DNA of 64,000 nucleotides from Macrostomum lignano (lineage: Eukaryota): contig NIVC01001177.1 in the NCBI GenBank assembly GCA_002269645.1, positions 186,001 through 250,000 of the forward strand, read 5' to 3'. Positions within the stretch are counted from its first letter, which is position 1; each line of letters starts with the position of its first letter. Below the pieces are notes generated by a model that was given only the letters and a program-made list of their open reading frames with translations, made no database searches and was not told the origin of the DNA. Shown piece by piece: positions 52,020 through 64,000 of this stretch. The translations under genes and the position numbers were made by a program.

Positions 52020-55000
52020 ATGCCTGTGCTCGACCATCATCAGAGGCTGGTTAGCTACCACGAATACTCGGTAAGTGAAATTCGTGTTTTTTTCTTGCTT
52101 TTAATTACTCATGGGTGAAACTCTTATCGCACTAATTCTCGCTCGATTATCACACTTCATATAGTCACTCATTCTTTACCTCTAATCTCACCCATTCGCC
52201 CGCTCTAATCTCACCCATTAACCCGCTCTAATCTCACCCATTCGCCCGCTCTAATCTTACCCATTCGCCCGCTCTAATCTCATCCATTCTCCCTCTCTAA
52301 TCTCACGATGTATAATCTCACCCATTCTCCCTCTCTAATCTCGCTCATTTTTTATCTCTAATCTCCCCCATTTCCTTTGTAATCTCACTTATTCTCAATC
52401 AATCCCACATCTAACTTTTTATTTTTCTCCCCTAACCTCGACTCCCCATCGACTCCCCATCACCTGCAGGAACGTCGTCAGGATCTTCAGCACGCAGCCG
52501 CAGCCGCCGCTGCAGCCGCCGCCGCAGCCCAACAGAACGCCAGCTTCAACAGAGGCATCGGTGGTGGACCTCCGGGCACGCCTGAAAACACAGCATCGTC
52601 TGGGGCCTCGCCGCCGCCACCGCCGCCGACACTGCAGCAGCAGCAGCAGCACGAGATTCCTGCAGTTCCTCATCATCCGATGATGATGGACTTCCAGCCT
52701 CCGTATTTCCCTCCGCCCTACGCTCCGTCTCATCCACTTCATCACAATCAACAGCATCATCACCAGCATCCTTATCAGCAGCAGCATTTGCCGCACCAGG
52801 TGAGAGGGGTTCAAAAATTCAATCTGATATTGCAGAATAAATCGCCTAGGATACTTTCAACCGCTTCAGCCGTTAAATTCTCCCGACTAAGTGACTCTCT
52901 CTCCCTGTATCTTCATCACACCTCTGCAGTGACTTTCTCTCTCTCTCCCTGTATCTTCATCACATCTCTGCAGTGACTTTCTCTCTCTCTCCCTGTATCT
53001 TCATCACATCTCTGCAGTGACTTTCTCTCTCTCTCCCTGTATCTTCATCACATCTCTGCAGTGACTTTCTCTCTCTCTCCCTGTATCTTCATCACATCTC
53101 TGCAGTGACTTTCTCTCTCTCTCCCTGTATCTTCATCACATCTCTGCAGTGACTTTCTCTCTCTCTCTCCCTGTATCTTCATCACATCTCTGCAGTGACT
53201 TTCTCTCTCTCTCCCTGTATCTTCATCACATCTCTGCAGTGACTTTCTCTCTCTCTCCCTGTATCTTCATCACATCTCTGCAGTGACTTTCTCTCTCTCT
53301 CCCTGTATCTTCATCACATCTCTGCAGTGACTTTCTCTCTCTCTCCCTGTATCTTCATCACATCTCTGCAGTGACTTTCTCTCTCTCTCCCTGTATCTTC
53401 ATCACATCTCTGCAGTGACTTTCTCTCTCTCTCCCTGTATCTTCATCACATCTCTGCAGTGACTTTCTCTCTCTCTCCCTGTATCTTCATCACATCTCTG
53501 CAGTGACTTTCTCTCTCTCTCCCTGTATCTTCATCACATCTCTGCAGTGACTTTCTCTCTCTCTCCCTGTATCTTCATCACATCTCTGCAGTGACTTTCT
53601 CTCTCTCTCCCTGTATCTTCATCACATCTCTGCAGTGACTTTCTCTCTCTCTCCCTGTATCTTCATCACATCTCTGCAGTGACTTTCTCTCTCTCTCCCT
53701 GTATCTTCATCACATCTCTGCAGTGACTTTCTCTCTCTCTCCCTGTATCTTCATCACATCTCTGCAGTGACTTTCTCTCTCTCTCCCTGTATCTTCATCA
53801 CATCTCTGCAGTGACTTTCTCTCTCTCTCTCCCTGTATCTTCATCACATCTCTGCAGTGACTTTCTCTCTCTCTCCCTGTATCTTCATCACATCTCTGCA
53901 GTGACTTTCTCTCTCTCTCCCTGTATCTTCATCACATCTCTGCAGTGACTTTCTCTCTCTCTCCCTGTATCTTCATCACATCTCTGCAGTGACTTTCTCT
54001 CTCTCTCCCTGTATCTTCATCACATCTCTGCAGTGACTTTCTCTCTCTCTCCCTGTATCTTCATCACATCTCTGCAGTGACTTTCTCTCTCTCTCCCTGT
54101 ATCTTCATCACATCTCTGCAGTGACTTTCTCTCTCTCTCCCTGTATCTTCATCACATCTCTGCAGTGACTTTCTCTCTCTCTCCCTGTATCTTCATCACA
54201 TCTCTGCAGTGACTTTCTCTCTCTCTCCCTGTATCTTCATCACATCTCTGCAGTGACTTTCTCTCTCTCTCCCTGTATCTTCATCACATCTCTGCAGTGA
54301 CTTTCTCTCTCTCTCCCTGTATCTTCATCACATCTCTGCAGTGACTTTCTCTCTCTCTCCCTGTATCTTCATCACATCTGTCTGACTTCCTGCAACACAC
54401 ACGAGCGTACTTCGCAACTCACTCCTGAGTGATTCAGTGACCTTAAACTAATATATTTCTCTTACAGATTTTTCTTTTTTTTGTTATACTAAAGACTTAC
54501 TTTAAACTTTCTCTTGCACCAGTTCGAGTTCAACGACCCGTGGCAGACTTTTGCATCCAGCTATCAGCACCACCAATACCAGCAACAGCAGCAGCAGCAG
54601 CAGGTTGGCTACCAACTCGGTCACACTTATCAGCAGCAGCAGCAACAGCAGCAGCAACAGCAGCAGCAGCAGCAGTATCAGCAGCTTCAACAAGCCCAGC
54701 AGCTGACTCCTCTGCACCAGGAGCACAATGCTGCAATGTCCACTTATTCAACAACTTGCCACAATGCCCTGTTGATGAAGAGGTACAATCAAACTACTGC
54801 GGAAGTAGTGAAGGTGAGTGGGGACTGTCTATGAGCGATTTATACTAATAGACAGGTGGAACAATAGGAAGAACTGATGTAATACGTACAGCCAGCAATG
54901 GTATACGGCTCTGAAGCGGAATTCAATCTTCGTTCGATGATCTACAAGTCAATATACATCACAATAAATTTCTCTCTGACAAATTTGAGATGTCACTCTA

Positions 55001-55637
55001 CTTCTCACTCTACTCAGAATCACGAATCTACTTCTTAGTCTACTCAATAAAGTTGCCACTCTACTTCTCAGTCTACTAAGTAGAGTCACCACGCTACTTC
55101 TCACACTAAATTTTGATCACTACTCACAAATATTTGATCTCCACAAAGAGATGGTTGTAAAACCCAGCAGAAAACATAATTCGCATTCTGACCCATAGGC
55201 TTAAAAATTCATTTCTCCAAATTCAAACGCCCCAGAATCCCCTGATTTGATGACGCAACCAAACCATCAGCCCCATGGAGCCGAGAACCGCCAAACTGAG
55301 GAAGATAACAGAACAATTAAAAGCCAGCTAAAACTGTGTCGCAGGTGTTACAGACGGTGCCAAATAAAACCGGAGCTCAGAATGACAGTAATTAACCGGC
55401 TCTGCATGACCAGTCAGTTCTGGGCTGCTCAGCTTCACCATTTATAAAAAGCTGCATCAAATTGCACTGCACAGAGCGGGCCAGCTGCCAGCGCTGGTGA
55501 AAGTGGAGAAAGTCAATGCGTTGGGAGATTTTCCCAGTTCCCAGTTCTTAGGGTGCTTTGATGGGATGTTGGGCTGGAATTACCGCTCTGTAATTGGGGG
55601 CTCAGGTTTCTTGGCGTGACTTTAACTGTGACTTGCG

Positions 55638-55675
<38 letters not shown>

Positions 55676-55696
55676 TCTACCTATCTATCTATCTAC

Positions 55697-55775
<79 letters not shown>

Positions 55776-55776
55776 C

Positions 55777-55835
<59 letters not shown>

Positions 55836-58800
55836 AGCAAATCCAAGCAAAACCCTCTATTATCTTTCAGTCGGAGGCACTGATGGAGGAGTCTGGTTAC
55901 GATTCGCCAGTACTGATGCACAAAGGTAAGCAGAAAACCACGGAATATATTTTGATTTTTTGGTTTTTAGTCTTTTCTCTCGCACCAAATTGAAGAATGG
56001 ATTTAGGGACTCCACAGAGGAGAGCTCTGCATAATCGGTATCGTTATGCTCAAGTGGATCCCATTATAAATCGCTGCTCTCAAAGTTAAACAGGGTGTGA
56101 AGAATTTGGGGTGGTTGGCAGCCTGTGTTAAAAGGCACCAAAAGCACTTGAAATTCTGATCTCAGAGAGCGAGTTGCCACCAGCCTATAGCATGCATAGA
56201 ACTAAGTGTTTTCATTATAAAGCCGACACCTACTACTCAAGTCCTTCTAGTACTCGCCGTTACAAGTTGGGAGGGCGGAACAAGCAGGCCTGTATCTATC
56301 TTGTTATCAACTCGCACACCTAGAGAGCCTACATATACCCTTATTTTTCCGTTGTGTTTTGTTCCTTGACCACAATTTGCCCTCAGGGGTGTGTGTGCGA
56401 GTGTGAGTGAGCTGTGTGCTCAAGAGAGTGACGACGTGAGCCATGCAGTTGTGCCGGAGGCCTCGGGCGCCAGCAGTTTGTTAAACCGCCTCCCCGCTGA
56501 GAGCAGCGGCGCGGGTTTGGGAAGAAAGAACAGGACAGAGAGAGAAGGGGATCTCTGACGCCTCTCTAGAAGCATTGCGAGCTTTAGCAGCCCGAGGGCA
56601 TCATTGCATTATATCATATAACAGACATGGATATGCGCGTCTAACGCTGCATAAGCAAGCCGGGGTATCAGGCCTTGGAGTCTTGTCAGTGAGAGCAGCT
56701 CACACACAGGGACCGTGTTGATTGGGATTGAGCAGCTTTTTTTCTGAGGATTCTAATAAAGATTCTTGAGCAGTATTTTGGAGATTATTTCCTAATGATT
56801 TTCACCTTTGGCCGGGGGATATAATTGCTTGAGCTTTTATCACGCACCGATAGTGTTTGATGGGAAAAAATGAGAGGAATGTTGATCATTTGACTTGGAT
56901 GAACCACCACCCCGCTTCTTGCCTTCTAGTGATTCTTTGTGTAGTTCAGTATTCCACTCCCCTCTCTCCCTCTCTCTCTTTTTCTCCTTCCCTATATCTC
57001 TCCCTTCGCAATCTACCTATCCTTCTCCGTCTCCCTTTCCCTCTCCCCCTTCCTCTCCTCACTCCCTCTATCTCTCCCTGTCCCTCTCTCCCTTTGCCTC
57101 TACCTCCTTCTCTCCTTCTCCCTCTCGATCTTCTTCTCCCCTTCCCGCTCTACCTGCTCCTCTTTTACCCCACAACCCAGTCTACGCAGTCATAGCCAAG
57201 CAGCATCCTTTTGCATACCATTTCCGCAACCCAGCAGGCAAGGCCAAAGACTGCCCAACCAGCGGCGCCAAGTACATTGACGCGGTCACTTTGGCAGCAG
57301 CCGCTGCTGCAGCCGCCGCAGCCGCAGCCGCCGCCAACACCACCGGCACCACTGGAGCGGCGGACCTGAGCCTGGACGATCAGGATGCCTCCGTGTCCGG
57401 AATGTTCTGCACCGTGCCCGGCCGGCTAAGCCTATTATCATCAATTTCCAAGTATAAGGTCAGCGTCTCGGAACTGCAACGCCGTCTGGGCGCTCCGGAG
57501 TGCTTGAACGCCTCGTTGCTAGGCGGGTTGCTACGCAGGGCGAAGAGCAAAGACGGTGGCCGATCGTTGCGCAGGGATCTGGACGATATTGGACTCTGCC
57601 TGCCAGCTGGTAGAAGGAAAACTGCCCCGGTTACTCTGTTCACCGCGCTGGTTGAAGGTGAGAGGCTGTGTCAGAATCTAGCTTTATCAGAATCTAGCTG
57701 TGTCAGAATCTAGCTGTGTCAGAATCTAGCTTTATCAGAATCTAGCTGTGTCAGAATCTAGCTGTGTCAGAATCTAGCTTTATCAGAATCTAGCTGTGTC
57801 AGAATCTAGCTGTGTCAGAGTCTAGCTGTGTCAGAATTTAGCTGTGTCAGAATCTAGCTGTGTCAGAATCTAGCTTTATCAGAATCTAGCTGGGTCAGAG
57901 TCTAGCTGTGTCAGAGTCTAGCTGTGTCAGAGTCTAGCTGTGTCAGAGTCTAGCTGTGTCAGAGTCTAGCTGTGTCAGAGTCTAGCTGTGTCAGAGTCTA
58001 GCTGTGTCAGAGTCTAGCTGTGTCAGAGTCTAGCTGTGTCAGAGTCTAGCTGTGTCAGAGTCTAGCTGTGTCAGAGTCTAGCTGTGTCAGAGTCTAGCTG
58101 TGTCAGAATCTAGCTGTGTCAGAATCTAGCTGTGTCAGAATCTAGCTGTGTCAGAATCTAGCTGTGTCAGAATCTAGCTGTGTCAGAATCTAGCTGTGTC
58201 AGAGTCTAGCTGTGTCAGAGTCTAGCTGTATCGATCAGAACTCATCAGTCACGCTTCTGTCGGATTTATGTGTTGAATTCTCCTGGGTTCAAATCTCTGT
58301 CAGAATTTGAGCAGACAAAGCAGCGCCGATTGAGAAAAAAATGGCGCCCTTTAAGGCCCGAAATGGCGCCCAGCTACAAGTCGAAACCCCAGTAAAGCAG
58401 CAACACCTCCCCCAAATATTCGCAGAGGAATCTGTCCGACTAGCCAAAGACTTCAGCTTCCTGTGCGAGACGGAATTCCCGGTCCGAGCCTGCGCCACGG
58501 CTCTTGTTGTCAACGGCGGACCGGCCGACTGCTGCTCGCCTGTCGACGTGCCCAACAGACAGGTCGATGCCCCCAACTCGGCACCGAATGGCGACCAGCG
58601 ACGCCATCGAAATGATCGGAAGCAGCAACAAACCGAACGACGTGTGGAAGCTATCAGAGCGGCCAGGTAAGAATAAATAAACACTCTTTGAGAAACTCGC
58701 TACTTTAGTTAATCAGCTTTCAGAGAGAATTTATAGTCATGTAGACACTTTGCGCATGGCCGGGATGTACAAATTTAAACCACTGAATGTTTTCCAATAT

Positions 58801-59501
58801 AGTACGCTCTCGTATATTGCCTGTGCATACTTAAATTTCCAGACTATTATGTACATCGACATACTAATAATAGAAATGACCTGAATAGCGTAGATAGTAA
58901 ACGTCTCCAGGAATTCCGTGCTGCAGCTATTTTTAGAACCAGGCGCCGTAGAGGTCACCGTCCGCGATAGCACAAAGTCAAAACACTGAAAGCTGAACAC
59001 TGACAGTGAAGACTGTATACTTACACTAGTGTATACATTACATATGAATTTCCAGATTGTCTTATAACTTTTTTGTTCCAGTGTAGCTATTAATAAAATG
59101 ACCTTGACAGGGTAAGACAGTGCAAAGGTCCAACAAATACGTACAGCTATTTTTAGAATCAATGTACATTGTACCCCTACCCCCGATTTTAATTTCAATC
59201 ACGCAGAGGCCTCGTGGAGGAGGTCACCGACCTATTGCACAAAGATCGCTCCCCGCTGTGCAGCGTGAATCCCGCGCCCCTATTGGACACCGAGACGCAA
59301 CGTCAGCTGACCAATTTCAGCCTGTTGACTCACGGTTTTGGCGCCCCGGCACTGGCTAGCGCATTCGTTGTACTGCAACGCGTCCTAGGCGAAATGGAGC
59401 GGCAACTAGCGGCACCCGAGAAGCCGACTATGAGCAGCTTTGAGCCGAACGATTCTGGGCAACAATGGCGAGAACTGACTGAGTCTAAGGAAAATCTTTA
59501 A
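52020..59501 (+). CDS. TFAP2: Transcription factor AP-2 family protein, 7 exons, about 579 aa
   Basis: Exons 52020-52070, 52470-52799 ([11 protein letters not shown]), 54523-54813, 55871-55925, 57181-57657 ([21 protein letters not shown]...[21 protein letters not shown]...LPAGRRK; a start at 57190 is also in phase), 58426-58666 ([18 protein letters not shown]) and 59207-59501 (DLLHKDRSP...FSLLTHGFG). All GT-AG; total 1740 nt. Paralog cannot be assigned. Confidence 0.93.
52185..52400. repeat. ~23-bp degenerate repeat (TCTAATCTCACCCATTCGCCCGC) in TFAP2 intron 1
   Basis: About 8 copies directly upstream of the exon 2 acceptor. Confidence 0.85.
52900..54378. repeat. 44-bp near-perfect minisatellite, about 33 copies, in TFAP2 intron 2
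   Basis: Unit CTCTGCAGTGACTTTCTCTCTCTCTCCCTGTATCTTCATCACAT; period verified at 52922/52966/53010. Confidence 0.97.
54990..55834 (+). mobile_element. (CTAT)n-tailed dispersed repeat, copy 2, in TFAP2 intron 3
   Basis: Similar to 30240-31150; 5' region has about 4 CTACTTCTCA repeats; the tail ends 36 nt before the exon at 55871. Confidence 0.8.
57668..58229. repeat. 16-bp minisatellite (TCAGA(G/A)TCTAGCTGTG) in TFAP2 intron 5
   Basis: Starts about 10 nt after the donor. Confidence 0.96.
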
Positions 59502-60681
59502 ATAAGCTCCTCGAACTTTGACAATTTGCAGCACTGTAAATATACTTTCAGATGTATTTTAATTAAATCTAAATTAGATCTTGCTATTGCGTTTATGCGC
59601 GTGTAGGCAGTCACTTTTGCCTTTGCTTACAACTTATCTATAGTGCAATCAAATATTTCGTTTTGCCTGTAAATTATGTCGCCTTCGTATTTTCATTTCA
59701 ATGCGTTATTTTAAACTGTTTTGTCAAACTCATTTTTGCAATGATCACGCAGTTAAACTACTGGCTTTTTCTCTATAAGCATTCGGTAGTTTATGGTTAA
59801 TAAAATATACGAAATATAAATAATTATATATAGTTCTATAACTTTTGTAAAAAATCGATAAAAAATTAAATTCGCTTTTTAAGTCTCTACTTATAGTAAA
59901 GTGAGCTGGGTTTTCTTACCAGAAGTTTTCTAAAATATCAAGAAAAAAAAACAAATTAACAACAGACAAAAAAGTTCAGGGCGTCAAATGACAATAAGGG
60001 AAAATTTGAAAGTTGCTTTATTTATTTCCGGGTTAAAAGAATTTCACTGCAGCAGGAAAAATGGACCCAAGCTTCAATGAAACAAAAATGCCCGGCCGGC
60101 TAAAGAAACAGCCAAGCGTTCAGCGAAAAAAATCGCTCAAATGATCGTTAATAGCTAGAAGCTAAATTGACAGGTACGTACCGCCTCTAAAGGAATCGGA
60201 AACATAGAATAATGCACTTTTATTCTCGTTTAAAGGAAAAAGTTCCTATAGAAGAATAACAAGGAAAACGGTAACTACGAGTTAATGCACTACTTGTCAA
60301 TAGGGGATGATAAAGGAGTATAGTAGACTCATTTATTTTTTAGTTGTCTGAAAAAATAAATAAAAATAAGCTTGAACACCGTAAAAAATGACCGAGAACA
60401 ACAAGCCAACCAGCACCGCTACACTGCACCTGTCTACATGTTTAACACTAAACAGCTATATAAGTTACTTTAACACTCGTTGATACAATTTTAGATGCCA
60501 AAAGGAAGGCCAGGATTTTATGATCTTAAACAACATGTCACGATTTTTTATAATGGCAACTGTCGGTTGTGGGTGCTAGAGTGAAACCATAATGATAATA
60601 GATAAAAACAAACGAACAAAAATAAAGTGAATTTGTGGCTTAAAGTTTACATCGATAAACAAGCGAAGCGAGTCAATCAAT

Positions 60682-63659
60682 TTAAACATAGATGCCAACC
60701 CATAAGCAGAGGAACAAAACGCCGAAGCCCAAGAAGCCTGACGCAACCAGCGATACCAGAGTCTCCTTGCGAAGGTCTCTTGTAAACCGATTGGCAGTGA
60801 CCTCGTACACAAAGAACCAAGCGGCAAAGAAGATGCCAATGCCTAGCAGGACTACCGTTAAATGGGGAAACACGGCCGGGTTGATTGGCGAAATGTAGCG
60901 CTGCATCGAGTCCAGCGGAATCTGATTGGGTTTGCAGCAGAGTGGGGTAGTGATTCAATTCTCTATACATGCATGGGATTCAACTCAATTCTTAACTTGT
61001 CTCAAGTGCAGGCTTGTGGAAAATTAACCTAAACTATGCACAGTTCATCCTGCTATGAAGAGATTGTCTGCCATTGGTGTACACCTCTGTAGCTGGCGCC
61101 TCCTCTGTAGCTGGCGCCCCCTCTGTAGCAGGCGCCCCCTCTGTAGCTGGCATTCCCTCTGTAGCTTGCGCCCCCTCTGTAGCAGGCGCCCCCTCTGTAG
61201 CTGGCACCCCCTCTGTAGCTGGCGCCCCCTCTGTAGCTGGCGCCCCCCTCTGTAGCTGGCGCCCCACCTCTGTAGCTAGCGCCCCCTCTGTAGCTGGCGC
61301 CCCCCTCTGTAGCTGGCGCCCCCTCTGTAGCTGGCGCCCCACCTCTGTAGCTAGCGCCCCCTCTGTAGCTGGCGCCCCCCTCTGTAGCTGGCGCCCCCTC
61401 TGTAGCTGGCGCCCCACCTCTGTAGCTAGCGCCCCCTCTGTAGCTGGCGCCCCCTCTGTAGCTGGCGCCCCACCTCTGTAGCTAGCGCCCCCTCTGTAGC
61501 TGGCACCCCCTCTGTAGCTGGCGTCCCCTCTGTAGCTGGCATTCCCTCTGTAGCTGGTGCCCCCTCTGTAGCTGGCGCCCCACCTCTGTAGCTAGCGCCC
61601 CCTCTGTAGCTGGCGTCCCCTCTGTAGCTGGCATTCCCTCTGTAGCTGGTGCCCCCCTCTGTAGCTGGCATTCCCTCTGTAGCTGGTGCCCCCCTCTGTA
61701 GCTGGCATTCCCTCTGTAGCTGGTGCCCCCCTCTGTAGCTGGCACCCACTCTATTTATCCTTACTAGAAAAAGTATCAATTTTTCAGTGCTTTTGAACAT
61801 TAGTAAATTAGCAAAGCCTTAAACCTAAACTAAGGCTGGTATCCATTCAAGAACTAGGTGAACTAAAGCAATATAAAGTTAAGTGTCTTACTCAAGACCA
61901 CATATTGTTCCAAATAGGTTGAGCAATCCCAACCTTCTAAGTTATAAGTCTAATGCTCTAACCATTAGGCTAAAACCTAATAACCCAAATATTAGGTTAT
62001 AGCTTATATAGAATAAGCAATACCAAATACATTGATTGGTAAGCAAGAAGGATATCATTTTATTGATGACTTGCATAATAATACTTGGTCATAGATAACC
62101 AAACTGATATAAGAAAAAATGGATATATTATTAGCCCAGATATCTTATTAGCTAACTGGCACTTTTTCTTAAACATAGCCAATTTTTTAACCAACAAGAA
62201 CTATACCACAGTTTGGATTGTGTATTTGTGTATGCTAGGTTTAATGCTGAAAAAATGATAAGACCTTGTTTATACACCGGGTTTGTGCACCAATGCAAAA
62301 AATTTACTATTGATACAATGTATCTACTATATCATGTACACTGGGATATACCCTGATTTATGCTGAAAAATGGTAAGTAACCTTGTTGTATGCCAAGAAA
62401 TCCCAATATACATGTTGCCTTCTAAACTATGGGAGCTACAAATATTTAGTGGCTAAAGAAAATGATCTTAAATTACGATAGGATTTTTAGCCTATCCTAT
62501 TTAATTTAAATGTTGATATACACATAGTTCTTGATAATGAGTTCTTGATAACATAAAAACTTGTTTTTTTAGTTTAAAGCTTTGTCAATATTAGTTTACT
62601 AATATCAAAAAGCATAGCAAATAATTATAATACTTTTTGGTAGGGTCTATCTTATTCTTATATTTTAGGTTACTAACTTACATAGTTTAAATTCTAATCT
62701 AAAAGGAATACAAAAAAATAATAGTACCTCAATAGCATGAAAAAATTTAATGCTATTCAGCATGGTTAAAAATTAATATATCTAAATACTATAGTCCATT
62801 TCATTACAGTTACGCTGGAAATCTCCAGCATAATTCTAGACAAAAATTAGCCTTAGCGTAAATGCTTGGCATAAAAATTAATAGAAAATTAGATTGGCAT
62901 AAATGGCTGGCATAAAAACAATTATAGATGATCTTTCGGCATGTTTCCCTGAAAGGAAATAAACATTGACTGTGGTTGATTGTGGTCATTAATGACCATA
63001 GCTTATTTTAAGTATTTGGATACAATGGAGAATTTAAATAACTATATTTTTAAGTATTTGCAAAAAGTAAAACAAAGTTTAAAGTAAAAAATCTTGCTAT
63101 AATGCAAAAACTACATTATTATCTTTTTAATACTTATATGTTTATAAAGTTTTAATTATAATATACAAATGGAAACAAATATTTTTTAAATGAAAAATGT
63201 TTGTACAAATGGGCACCCCACACTCCCCCCCCCCCCCTGTTCTAAGCATTATGCCTATCATGCGGTGCATAAGCCTGGCGTAAGTCTGACATAAATGATG
63301 AAATTTCATCATTTTTCCTCTGGCGTAACTCCAAGCATGAAATGGACTATGGTCTAAATATACTATAAAAATAATAAGATTGCTTAGTTAGCTAACCTTT
63401 ATTGTTTGTTGCTTGAATCTACTAGCAAGTTGCTTGAATCATTTCAATCTAAATAACTTCATGTTATATAAAATACCGCTACATAGACTTACATAAAAAG
63501 AAAAAAATTAAATTACTTTGTATTATATTGACATTTAATGAAATCCTTACAAGTATTATTCAGAAATGTACATATCAAACCATAAATAATATAGCAACAG
63601 CAAGCTATATTACTCATATTGAGCTGAGCTATACATACCTCGTTAGAGCCCATTGACAT
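60682..63659 (-). CDS. TMEM258: Oligosaccharyltransferase subunit TMEM258 (Kuduk/OST5)
   Basis: Main exon 60921-60682 ([42 protein letters not shown]...LWVGIYV*) is unambiguous. The proposed first micro-exon 63659-63639 (MSMGSNE|gtatgt, phase 0) is tentative; otherwise the start is the ATG at 60906. Confidence 0.85.
61085..61745. repeat. ~18-bp repeat (CTCTGTAGCTGGCGCCCC) upstream of the TMEM258 main exon (likely intronic)
   Basis: Directly visible. Confidence 0.95.
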
Positions 63660-64000
63660 TGTACTTCAAGGATAAGTGACGAGAAAAATGATGGTTACGA
63701 CACTGACTTACTGACTTATTGCCTCGCGATCTCCAAGTCTGAAGTCTCGAAATTTTGAAGTCGCGCGCTTCATTGAATTATCATTAACGAGAATTCAAAC
63801 AAACGAGAAAAACCATTTGAATGTTTGAATGTTTGAATGTTTGAAAAACGATTGAATGTTTGTATCATAAGTTACAACTTTAAATTTAAAAAGCCTACAT
63901 ATTATAGTATTAGGATAGCAGAAAAACATATTCTTCTTTGTATCTGTTTATATCAGCGTTAACCTAGAACAATTTGTTCTGTTGTTGAATTAACGAACGC

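Noticed and set aside
58737-59198. 153-aa antisense ORF in TFAP2 intron 6
   Set aside because: TTG start, AT-rich composition and no recognisable motif.

Overview
Eukaryotic (invertebrate animal) genomic DNA. Intergenic sequence is AT-rich, exons are GC-richer with GT-AG introns, and roughly one third of the window is tandem repeat. A Macrostomum-like flatworm would fit the style, but that is inference only. I reconstructed seven spliced genes by hand with consistent splice phases: the 5' part of BiP/HSPA5 (-) with a perfect ERSE upstream, MFSD1 (-), POLR3F/RPC34 (-), a C3orf14/CEP15-like gene missed by the ORF track (+), an HSD17B14-like SDR (-), a 7-exon AP-2/TFAP2 gene (+) and TMEM258 (-). 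Mobile elements: a 5'-truncated but uninterrupted RTE-like LINE with four C-terminal zinc fingers inserted in a minisatellite; a decayed DD37D/maT transposon with a nested fold-back MITE; three non-autonomous TIR elements with 8-9 bp TSDs; two copies of a (CTAT)n-tailed dispersed repeat; and possible tRNA-SINE relics. Most long ORFs in the supplied track are artefacts of the tandem arrays. Best leads: (i) intronic minisatellites whose units read as splice signals on the gene's sense strand, (ii) the multi-zinc-finger RTE element and its target, (iii) a stop codon overlapping a splice donor, which could give the C3orf14-like gene an alternative last exon across a 4.4-kb array. All calls were read by eye with no database searches.
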